From positions 288,001 to 352,000 of the forward strand of contig CAVYBH010000012.1 of the NCBI GenBank assembly GCA_963766715.1: a stretch of 64,000 nt of DNA. Reading direction: 5' to 3'. The position numbers were made by a program, and so were the translations under genes. Origin of the DNA: an uncultured delta proteobacterium (lineage in GTDB: Bacteria; Myxococcota; Myxococcia; Myxococcales; Anaeromyxobacteraceae). The notes under the pieces were generated by a model, which ran no database searches, was not told where the DNA came from, and saw only the letters and a program-made list of their open reading frames with translations. How positions within the stretch are numbered: the stretch's first letter is position 1; the number at the start of each line of letters is the position of its first letter. Shown in pieces: positions 9,107 to 18,200 of the stretch.

Positions 9107-11588
9107 ATGCAAATCAGGGAGCTTCGCGTCGTCCTGCTCGTCCTTTGCCTGGGAGCCCCGCTCCTGGCCCTCGCGCAACAGGCCGCCCCTCCGGGCTCGC
9201 CGATGGCGACGACGACGCTGGACGGCAAGCAGATGCCACCGCCCGATCCGAAGTTCGGCGGCGTGATCCGGGAGAGCGCCTCCGAGTCGAAGGCATGGTG
9301 GCCACCTCGGGTCGTGCCGCCGAAGGGCGCGCCCAACGTGCTGCTCATCATGACCGACGACAGCGGATTCGGCGCGCCCGGTACCTTCGGCGGGGTCGTC
9401 CCGACCCCCGCACTGGATCGCATCGCAAAGAACGGTCTGCGCTACACGAACTTCCACTCGACGTCGCTCTGCTCCCCCTCGCGCGCCGCGCTCATCACCG
9501 GGCGCAACCACCACGTGGCCGGCTTCGGAGTGGTGGGTGAGATCGCGACGGGGTTCCCCGGCTACGACTCGATCATCCGGAAGGAGAACGCCACCATCGG
9601 CGCCATCCTGAAGGACAACGGGTACGCGACCTCGTGGTTCGGCAAGGACCACAACACGCCGTTCTACCAATCGACCCAGGCCGGGCCCTTCGACCAGTGG
9701 CCCAACGGAATGGGCTTCGAGTACTTCTACGGCTTCGTCGGAGGCGACGCGAGCCAGTGGCAGCCGAACCTGTACCGGAACACCACGGCCATCTATCCGT
9801 TCCAGGGCAATCCCGGCTGGAACCTGACGACGGCCATGGCAGACGAGGCGATCCAGTACATGAAGGAGATCAAGGCGGTCGCGCCCGAGAAGCCGTTCCT
9901 CGTCTACTACGTGCCGGGGGGAACCCACGCGCCCCACCATCCGACGCCGGAGTGGATTGAGAAGGTGAGCGCCATGCACCTGTTCGACGGCGGCTGGAAC
10001 AAGCTGCGCGAGACCATCTTCGCGAACCAGAAGCGGCTGGGCATCATGCCCGGGGACGCCAAGCTGACCGCCGTGGCCGAAGGAACTGCCGGAGTGGGAT
10101 TCGCTCGGCTGGCTGGAGAAGAAGCTGTTCATCAAGCAGGCCGACGTCTTCGGCGCCTACCTCGCCTACACGGACAACGAGATTGGCCGCGTCATCCAGG
10201 CGGTCGAGGACATGGGCCAGCTCGACAACACCCTGATCATCTACATCGCAGGGGACAACGGGGCGAGCGCGGAAGGCATGCTCAACGGCACGCCGAACGA
10301 GTTCACCACCTTCAATGGCGTCCCGGTGCCGGTCAAGGACCAGTTCCTCTGGTACGAGTTCTGGGGGTCCGACCGGACCTTCCCGCACTTTGCGGCGCCC
10401 TGGGCGTGGGCGCTGGATACGCCGTTCAAGTGGATGAAGCAGGTGGCGTCGCACTACGGCGGGACGGCGCAAGGCATGGCCATGTCGTGGCCCGGACACG
10501 TCAACGACCCCGGGGGCGTCCGAAGGCAGTTCCACCACCTCATCGACATCGTCCCGACCATCCTCGAAGCAGCGCGCATTCCGGCGCCGGAAGCGGTCAA
10601 CGGCATCAAGCAGCGCCCCATGGACGGCGTGAGCATGGCGTACACGTGGGACAAGGCGAACGCCAATGCCCCGTCCCGGCACGTCACGCAGTACTTCGAG
10701 ATGCTCGGGAACCGCGCCATCTACCATGACGGCTGGCTGGCGGCGACGACCCCGGCGACGCTCCCGTGGGAGCTCTCCAGCGCCAAGGCGCCCGACGTGA
10801 TCACCGGGTACGCGTGGGAGCTCTACAACGTGGCCAAGGACCCCACGGAGTCGAACGACCTCGCGGCGCAGATGCCGGACAAGCTCAAGCAGATGAAGGA
10901 CCTGTTCTACGCCGAGGCCAGGAAGCACGACGTATTGCCGCTCGACAACACGACGCTGGCGCGCTGGAACGGGCCCAAGCCCAGCCTCACGGCCGGCCGG
11001 ACGGTCTTCACCTACTCGGGACCCGTCTCGGGAATCCCGAACAGCGGGGCTCCCAGCATCCTGAACAGGTCGTTCACGATCACTGCCGAGGTCACGATCC
11101 CCGAGGGAGGCGCGGAAGGCATGATCGTCACCGACGGCGGGCGCTTCGGCGGCTACGGTCTCTTCCTGAGCAAGGGCGAGCTGGGATTCGGCCGTGGCAA
11201 GCCGGTGTTCCTCTACAACCTCCTCGACCTCAAGCGCACGGCGTGGGAGGGCTCCGAGCTCGGGGCCGGCAAGCACACCATCGTGTTCGACTTCAAGTCC
11301 GACGGTCCGGGCCTGGGCAAGGGAGGGACAGGCGTGCTCCTCGTGGATGGCCAGGAGGTGGCCAGGAACTCCATGGAGCACACCACCCCGATCACGTTCC
11401 CGGAGGACGAGACCTTCGACGTCGGTCAGGACACGCGCACGGGGCTCGCGATGATCGAGTACCGCTACGACGTACCGTTCAAGTTCACCGGGACGATCAA
11501 CAAGCTGACGTTCAACCTCGGTCTCCAGCAATTGACTGAACGGGAACGCGCCCAGATGCAGGAGACCGTCGCCAAGGCACGCGACTAG
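9107..11588 (+). CDS. Arylsulfatase, Cys-type formylglycine-dependent, with C-terminal beta-domain; frameshift near 10070
   Basis: PNVLLIMTDD, CSPSRAALITGR, FGKDH, THAPH, GDNGAS, ELYN..DPTE; one extra base joins the two ORFs (KLT-PWPKELPEW). Confidence 0.92.
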
Positions 11589-11594
11589 GAACGC

Positions 11595-11966
11595 ATGAGA
11601 AAGGTCCTCGCTCTCGCTGCCGCGGGTGAGATCACAACCGGATTGGCGTTGCTGATCGTGCCCTCGCTCGTCGGCCAGCTGCTGCTGGGCGAGGCGCTGG
11701 CCGGCGTCGCCATTCCGGTCGCGCGCGTGGCCGGAATCGCCCTGATCGGGCTAGGGATCGCCTGCTGGCCGGGCACGCCGCTCCTCGGCATGCTGACCTA
11801 CAGTTCCGCCGTCGCACTGTACCTCGCATACCTCGGCCTCACGGGCGTCTCGAGCGGCATCCTGCTCTGGCCCGCAGTCGTCGTTCACCTGGCCCTGACG
11901 GTGCTCCTGATCCGGGAGAGGGCAGGGGGCAGGGAGGCGAAAGCAGACGGGAGTGTTTCACCGTGA
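11595..11966 (+). CDS. Small 4-TM membrane protein
   Basis: Four hydrophobic segments, 6 nt after sulfatase stop. Confidence 0.7.
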   Translation: MRKVLALAAAGEITTGLALLIVPSLVGQLLLGEALAGVAIPVARVAGIALIGLGIACWPGTPLLGMLTYSSAVALYLAYLGLTGVSSGILLWPAVVVHLALTVLLIRERAGGREAKADGSVSP

Positions 11967-12012
11967 GAATCACCGCCTGGATACCCGGGCAAACGAAAGA
12001 GGGAGGAAGAAA

Positions 12013-12579
12013 ATGAAGCCACGTAATCTGGCCTACTGGATGGCAGCCGTTCTCGTCACTGGATGTGTGACGGAGGGCACGTACCAGAAGGAGGTCAAGA
12101 AGTCAGACACGCTCCAGTCCCAGAACGAGACCTACGAGAAGCTCAACACCGATCTCAAGTCCGAGGTCGCGACGGACCAGGTCCAGATCGAGCAGCTCCA
12201 GGGCAAGTTGAAGGTGACGATGGTGGACCAGATCCTCTTCCCCGAGGGCGGCTGGGAGGTTGGCCGGAAAGGCGAGGAGACGCTCGACAAGGTCATCCCC
12301 ACCTTCAAGACGCTGAAGGGCCAGCGCATCGAGATCGAGGGATTCACCGATAACGTGCCGATCGGCCCGGAATTGAAGAAGAGGTTCCCGTCCAACTGGG
12401 AGCTCTCCACGGCCCGGGCGACCGACGTGGTCCGTTACCTGGTGTCGAAGGGAGTGAGTCCGTCGCTCTTGTCGGCCTCCGGCTTCGGGGACACCCGGCC
12501 CGTGGCATCGAACGATACGGCCCAGGGTCGGGCGAAGAACCGCCGGATTGAGGTCATCATCCGGGCAGACAGCCCGTAG
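12013..12579 (+). CDS. OmpA/MotB-family peptidoglycan-binding lipoprotein
   Basis: Lipobox LVTGC, coiled coil, IEGFTDNVPI, NWELSTARA, GRAKNRRIEV. Confidence 0.9.
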   Translation: MKPRNLAYWMAAVLVTGCVTEGTYQKEVKKSDTLQSQNETYEKLNTDLKSEVATDQVQIEQLQGKLKVTMVDQILFPEGGWEVGRKGEETLDKVIPTFKTLKGQRIEIEGFTDNVPIGPELKKRFPSNWELSTARATDVVRYLVSKGVSPSLLSASGFGDTRPVASNDTAQGRAKNRRIEVIIRADSP

Positions 12580-12595
12580 GGCTCTGGTTTTCGTG

Positions 12596-14044
12596 ATGAG
12601 ACAGGTCGTCACCGTGGCCATGTTGGCCATCCTCGCCGGCTGGCCCGGTGTCGGCCTCGCCCAGGAGACGGAGTCGCCGCGGGCGTCCCCGGCCATCGAG
12701 GTGGCGCCCAGGGGAGATCGGATCCCGGGGAAGCAGGTGCTCCCACCCGCGCCGACGGACCCGGTGTGTACCGAGAGCCGGGACTGTGCCCTGCGCCTCG
12801 GGTACGGAAACGTCTGCGTGGAGGGGCGTGCGCACCCTACGCCGACCGCCGGGACATCATGGATCTCTTCACGAAGGTCCCGAAGGCGAACGCCCAGCCC
12901 CAGCCCTTCGTCCTCTACCCATCCATCATCCCGGCCATCGGCTACAACCCAGCACTGGGCTTCCTCATCGGGCTCGTCTCGAAGGCCGGCATGCTCCTCG
13001 GCGATGCGTCCGACACGACCATGTCGAGCGCGTCGCTGCTCGTCCTGCTGACGACGAACAAGCAACTCGTGCTGCAGCTCGGGACCACCATCCTCACCTC
13101 GCACGATGACTGGGAGTTCATCGGAGACTGGCGATTCCTGCTCTACAACCAGGAGACCTACGGGCTGTCCACGGGCACGCCTCTCACCTCCGACGTCGTT
13201 CTCGATCGCCGGCTGGGGGAGCACGACGCCGATTGACGGTGGCCAGCCCATGAAGTTCGACCTCCTGCGCTTCCACCAGGTCGGGCTCCGGAGAGTCTGG
13301 GGGGACCTCTACGTCGGTGCGGGCATCCGGATCGACCGGTACTACGGCATCGTGGACGAGTCGCTCGATCTCACGGCGCCATCGCCGGTCATCACGAGCC
13401 ATTACGCCTACAGCACGTATTACGGGTTCAACCCCCACGAGTACACGCTGTCCGGCATCACGTTGAACGCCGTCTACGACAGCCGGGATTCGACGATCAA
13501 CGCGTACCGGGGGATCTACACGCAGCTTGCCCTCGGGGGCTTCCCCACCTGGCTGGGGAGCAGCCAGGGAAGCACCATGGTCGGCATCGACTTTCGCGCG
13601 TACCTGGGGCTCTCGGACGCCGTGCCCCGGAACGTGCTCGCCTTCTGGGTGCTGGCGAGCGGCGTCACGAGCGGCGTCCAACCCTACCTGGCGCTGCCCT
13701 CGATCGGGTGGGACGCGGCCGGGACGACCGGGCGCGGCTACGTGCAGGGGCGCTTCCGCGGTCCTGCGGAGGTCTACGCCGAGGTCGAGTGGCGATTCCG
13801 GATCTCCGACAACGGGCTATTCGGGGGCGCCGTCTTCGCGAACGCGGAGACGTTCACGCGTCCCGCCTTCAGCTACTCGACGCTCAACCAACCGGCGGTG
13901 AACCTCTTCCAGTACGTGAAGCCGGCGGGTGGCGTCGGGGCCCGCATCATGATGAGCAAGGAATCCCGCACCAACCTCCGCGTGGACTTCGCGGTGGGAG
14001 TGGACTCGTGGGCCATCTACCTGGGCGCAGGGGAGGTGTTCTAA
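12596..14044 (+). CDS. Omp85/BamA-TamA-like outer-membrane barrel lacking POTRA, with N-terminal 4-Cys module; frameshifts near 12825 and 13190
   Basis: Signal peptide; P.IGYNP..G, YDSRDSTINAYRG, GRGYVQGRFRG, NLRVDFAVG, terminal GEVF across three frames. Confidence 0.75.
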
Positions 14045-14115
14045 CTGGGCCGGCAGCGCCAGCGCCGGCCGTCTCAGGCACTCAGCCCCGGGCATTCTTG
14101 AGAGGAAACAACATC

Positions 14116-14946
14116 GTGCCTACATCCACATCAGGCCACCGGGCGCTCGCGGCTTCCGTTCTCATTGCACTCGGAACTTCGGCGCACGCCGTCGAGACCT
14201 CGGACGGGAAGCAGGAGGAGACCGAGAAGCTCGCCAGGGCGGCGCAGAACCCCGTTGCCGACATGATGAGCTTTCCGTTCCAGGACAACATCGGCTTCGG
14301 CTATGGCCCCGGGAACAAGGACGTCCAGAATGTCCTCAACATCCAGCCGGTCATCCCGCTGCACGTCACCGAGGACTGGAACGTCATCACCCGGACGATC
14401 CTGCCCATCGTCAGCCAGCCGAGCTTCACCGGCGGGGCGGGGACCACAGGGCTCGGCGACCTGACCCTCACCGCGTTCCTGTCACCGAGGAGCCCCGGCC
14501 ACCTGATCTGGGGCGTTGGTCCGGTGATGAGCTTCCCCACCGCCACCTCGCCCTTCACCGGCTCGCAGTCCACCTGGGGGCTCGGCCCTTCCGTGGTGGC
14601 GCTGGCCATGCCCGGCCATTGGGTGCTCGGCGTGCTGGTGAACCAGATCTGGTCGGTGGCTGGCGCGAGCGCGAGCCAGATGCTCGTTCAGTACTTCGTG
14701 AACTACAACTTCGAGGGAGGCTGGTACCTGACGACGTCCCCGATCCTGACCGCCGACTGGAAGGCCGCGTCGGGACAGCAGTGGGTGGTGCCTTTCGGGG
14801 CCGGTGGCGGAAAGATCTTCCGCATCGGCAAGCTGCCCTTCAACGGCAACGTGTCGGCCTACTACAACGCAGTGCGCCCCGACGTCGGACCTGAATGGAC
14901 GCTGCGCGTGCAACTCGCGCTGCTGCTCCCGACGTCGATCTTCTAG
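14116..14946 (+). CDS. Outer-membrane transporter-like protein (bacterial 'neuromedin U'-annotated family)
   Basis: LARAAQNPVADM.S.PFQ.N, LNIQPVIP, GLGD, WGVGP, Q.FVNYN...GWYL...P motifs; GTG start after AGAGGA. Confidence 0.75.
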   Translation: MPTSTSGHRALAASVLIALGTSAHAVETSDGKQEETEKLARAAQNPVADMMSFPFQDNIGFGYGPGNKDVQNVLNIQPVIPLHVTEDWNVITRTILPIVSQPSFTGGAGTTGLGDLTLTAFLSPRSPGHLIWGVGPVMSFPTATSPFTGSQSTWGLGPSVVALAMPGHWVLGVLVNQIWSVAGASASQMLVQYFVNYNFEGGWYLTTSPILTADWKAASGQQWVVPFGAGGGKIFRIGKLPFNGNVSAYYNAVRPDVGPEWTLRVQLALLLPTSIF

Positions 14947-15058
14947 CGGTCATCACGAGCAAGGGAAGAAAGCTAACCGTGAGCGTGTCCAACACCGGCT
15001 ACAGGCACATGAACTGACGTCGACGGCGGTGCCTCGCGCGGTGGCCGAGGAGGGCAAG

Positions 15059-15262
15059 ATGAGTGCCTCGCTCCAGAAGACGTCGGTCCTCCTGCTGGCG
15101 TGCCTGGCGGCCACCCCGGCGCTCGCCGAGGACCCCTGCGGCGGCGACGTGCGACGGTTCTGCCCCGACGTGAAGGCCGGTGGGCCTCGCCTGCTTCTTC
15201 GACTTGTGATGACGCCACTTCGAGTCGTTCAACCCGCTGCACGAAAAGGAGGTTCCAGATGA
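15059..15262 (+). pseudogene. Truncated secreted cysteine-rich repeat protein
   Basis: Signal peptide then DPCGGDVRRFCPDVKAGG, after which the expected further cysteines are absent and codon bias collapses. Confidence 0.55.
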
Positions 15263-15858
15263 AGAAGATGCTCTTTGCGCTCGTCGCGCTGCTCGTCGGC
15301 CCGTTCGCGTATGCCCAGGCTCCGGCCACCCAGGCGCCCGTCGAGATGAAGGCCACCGGCACGCCCGGCAAGGCCGAGGCCGTCCGCACGCAGGTGCTCA
15401 CTGCGACCGTCACGGCCGTCGACCAGGCAACCCGGATGGTCACTCTCAAGGGTCCGGATGGGAAGACCCAGACCTTCAAGGCCGGTCCAGAGGTGAAGCG
15501 CCTCGCCGAGGTTGCCGTCGGCGACACCATCAGGATCGAGTTCCAGGAAGGGCTCGCCCTCGAGTTCCAGCCGGCGGGCACGGCTCCGGTCGCCCCCGAG
15601 GCCGCCGCAGTCGCCGACCGGGCGGGCCAGGAGCAGGTGCCGGGCGGAGCGGCCGCCGCGGGCGTGCGCGCCACCGTGACGGTCACCGCCATCGACATGA
15701 AGAATCGGATGGTGGTCTTCCAGGGCCCGGGCGGCAACCTCTACCAGGTGAAGGCCGGCCCCAAGATCCAGCTCGAGAAGCTCAAGGTCGGCGACAAGCT
15801 CCTCGCGACCTACGTCGAAGCCGTCGCAGTCAAGCTGGAGAAGTCGAAGAAGAAGTAG
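15259..15858 (+). CDS. Secreted hypothetical protein with two internal OB-fold-like repeats
   Basis: RBS AAGGAGG, signal peptide; repeats ATVTAVDQATRMVTLKGPDG...VAVGD and VTVTAIDMKNRMVVFQGPGG...LKVGD. Confidence 0.8.
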   Translation: MKKMLFALVALLVGPFAYAQAPATQAPVEMKATGTPGKAEAVRTQVLTATVTAVDQATRMVTLKGPDGKTQTFKAGPEVKRLAEVAVGDTIRIEFQEGLALEFQPAGTAPVAPEAAAVADRAGQEQVPGGAAAAGVRATVTVTAIDMKNRMVVFQGPGGNLYQVKAGPKIQLEKLKVGDKLLATYVEAVAVKLEKSKKK

Positions 15859-15990
15859 GCATGGCTTGGAACGGCGGACTGCCAAGCTCTCCTCGGAGGA
15901 TCGGATGCCGGAACAGGTCAGAGCCTGAGGAAGAGTGGAGACAGGTCAGTATTCGACAGGTTGAACATCCTGGCCCCGCAACCAGGAAAG

Positions 15991-16023
15991 ACGCGGGTCT
16001 AGCCATCACGGCTGGGCCCGCGT
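15991..16023. other. 14-bp RNA stem-loop (possible terminator)
   Basis: ACGCGGGTCTAGCC-ATCAC-GGCTGGGCCCGCGT with two G-U pairs, followed by GTCGCTTTT. Confidence 0.5.
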
Positions 16024-16233
16024 GTCGCTTTTCGGGTTCGCCGACCTCTACAGACGACCAAGTGTTGCCCGGCATCGCTCCTGCACCGTGAACATGAGCC
16101 AATCCTCATAAAATTCCCTCATTTCTCTTGTCGCGTCCTCACCGCACCGCGGGTTGATGCAGACAGACGGCAACGAACAAGGCCGCCAGTTGGCTCGAGC
16201 GGTTCCCAATCCAGACGCGGAGGTACCCGGAAC

Positions 16234-16444
16234 ATGTCGCAGTGCCTTCGATGCAGGCATTTCACGGGCTCCCGCGCCACGCCACTCGATGGGCGCGGGG
16301 CGGCGAGGCACTTCTTCGCGTGCACCGCCTTCCCTGCGGGGATACCGACTCCGATCTGGGAGGGGTCCTATGATCATGCGAATCCCACACCCAGGAGACT
16401 GCGGCGTGAGGTTCGAGCCCGCGGCACGGGCGCCCGGAACGTAG
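16234..16444 (+). CDS. Small Cys/His protein (CxxCxH...CxAFPxGIP...DH..PxPGD); frameshift near 16385
   Basis: RBS GGAGG; removing one C at about 16385 gives MSQCLRCRH...CTAFPAGIPTPIWEGSYDHANPHPGDCGVRFEPAARAPGT. Confidence 0.7.
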
Positions 16445-16470
16445 GCCCGTTCGGTTCCCGGGTAGTCGCG

Positions 16471-16500
16471 GTTGCACCGTGATGATTCAGTTGTTACATC
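16471..16500 (+). promoter_or_regulatory. Candidate sigma-70 promoter and operator of chr operon
   Basis: TTGCAC-N17-TACATC with extended TG; GTTGCA/GTTACA repeats 22 bp apart. Confidence 0.4.
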
Positions 16501-16506
16501 GTCGCC

Positions 16507-17520
16507 GTGCCCGCTTCCAGGCCTTCCGTGGCGGTCCAGGCGCCGTCGCCATCTGGCGAGGCCCGCTGGCTGCTCCTCATCCACCAGATCCCGCCCCGTC
16601 CCGCTTACCTCCGGGTGAAGACCGGACGGCAGCTCCAGCGCATCGGTGCGGTCGCGATCAAGAACTCGGTCTACGCACTTCCGGCGGGTGACGAGACCCA
16701 GGAGGATCTCCAGTGGGTCCTCCGGGAGATCGTGAAGGGCGGCGGCGACGCATCCATCGTCGAGGCCCGGTTCGTGGACGGCCTCTCGGCCAATCAGGTG
16801 GGGACCCTCTTCCAGGAGGCCCGGGAGGGGGACTACCGGGAGCTGGCAAGGGAGGCTCGCGAGGTCGCGTCCGCCCTGCCCGCCCGGGGCCCGCCTCCCG
16901 ACAACCGCCGCGTCGAGGCCGTCGGGCAGGTGGCCCGCCTCCGCCGGCGGCTCGCCGAGATAGCGGCCATCGACTTCTTCGGAGCTTCCGGGCGCGAGAT
17001 CGCGGAGGGACTCGTGGCCGGATTGGAGGAGCGCATGAGGCCGCAGATGGAATCCCCGAAACCCACCAGGGCCACCACGAGCGCGACGGAGGTCCAGGGG
17101 CGCACCTGGGTCACCCGTACCGGGATCAAGGTGGATCGGATGGCCAGCGCCTGGCTCATCCGGAAGTTCATCGACCCGAAGGCGCGCTTCAAGTTCGTTC
17201 CCGCCAAGGGGTACGAGCCGCGGAGGGGGGAGCTCCGGTTCGACATGTTCGAGGCGGAGTTCACCCACGAAGGCGACCTCTGCACCTTCGAGGTGCTGGT
17301 GCAGCGGTTCGGGCTCGCCGACCCCGCACTTCGCGCCGTGGCCGAGATCGTTCACGACATCGACGTGAAGGACGGCAAGTACGGTCGGGAGGAGGCGGCC
17401 GGCGTCTCGCAACTCGTCACCGGCATCGCCGCAGCCCACCCCTCCGACGAGGAGAGGCTCCACCGGGGCGCGGCGCTCTTCGACGACCTCCACGCGGCCT
17501 ACGGGGCCGCGAGGCACTGA
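16507..17520 (+). CDS. chrB: Chromate resistance regulator ChrB (N- and C-terminal domains)
   Basis: WLLLIHQIPPRPAYLRVK, IDFF, WVTRTGIKVDRMASAWLIRKFIDP, FTHEGDLCTFE, VHDID. Confidence 0.9.
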   Translation: MPASRPSVAVQAPSPSGEARWLLLIHQIPPRPAYLRVKTGRQLQRIGAVAIKNSVYALPAGDETQEDLQWVLREIVKGGGDASIVEARFVDGLSANQVGTLFQEAREGDYRELAREAREVASALPARGPPPDNRRVEAVGQVARLRRRLAEIAAIDFFGASGREIAEGLVAGLEERMRPQMESPKPTRATTSATEVQGRTWVTRTGIKVDRMASAWLIRKFIDPKARFKFVPAKGYEPRRGELRFDMFEAEFTHEGDLCTFEVLVQRFGLADPALRAVAEIVHDIDVKDGKYGREEAAGVSQLVTGIAAAHPSDEERLHRGAALFDDLHAAYGAARH

Positions 17521-17528
17521 GGTGAGCC

Positions 17529-18185
17529 ATGCATGCGTCCAGGATCGCTGGACTGGGCGTGGTCGTCATCGGCATCGTCGGAACGGCGCTGGCACAGGTC
17601 CCCTCGAGCACCTGGAACTTCCAGGATGACGAGGTGGGCAGTGCGCCTGCGGGCTTCACCTTCGCCCTGACGGGCAGCGGCAGGCCCGGGAAGTGGGTCG
17701 TGCTCGTGGACGCGACCGCCCCGGCCGGCGACCACGTCCTTGCCCAGGTCGACACCGACGACACGGACGACCGCTTCCCCGTGGCCGTCGCCTCCGCGCC
17801 GCTCCTGAAGGACCTCCGGCTGGAGGTCCGCTGCAAGCCGGTGAGCGGCAAGACCGACGAGGCGTGCGGCCTGGTCTTCCGGTTCCAGGACGCCGACGAC
17901 TACTACGTCGTCCGCGCCAACGCGCTGGAGGACAACGTCCGCCTCTACCGCGTCGTGCGTGGCCACCGGACGCAGATCTCGGGCTGGGACGGGAAGGTCG
18001 CCCGGGGCGCCTGGCACGCGCTCGCCATCGAGGCCCGGGGAGACAGGCTCAAGGTCGTCTGGAACGGGAGGGCGATCATCGATGCCACCGACGGAACCTT
18101 CTCGCAGGCGGGAAGGGTCGGCGTGTGGACGAAGGCGGACTCCGTCACCTACTTCGACGCCCTCGTGGCGACGCCGATGGACTGA
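17529..18185 (+). CDS. Periplasmic DUF1080/concanavalin-like beta-sandwich protein
   Basis: Signal peptide; GLVFRFQDADDYYVVRANALEDNVRLY, WH.L, GRVGVWTKADSVTYFD. Confidence 0.75.
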   Translation: MHASRIAGLGVVVIGIVGTALAQVPSSTWNFQDDEVGSAPAGFTFALTGSGRPGKWVVLVDATAPAGDHVLAQVDTDDTDDRFPVAVASAPLLKDLRLEVRCKPVSGKTDEACGLVFRFQDADDYYVVRANALEDNVRLYRVVRGHRTQISGWDGKVARGAWHALAIEARGDRLKVVWNGRAIIDATDGTFSQAGRVGVWTKADSVTYFDALVATPMD

Positions 18186-18200
18186 GAGGAGTGGACGTCC

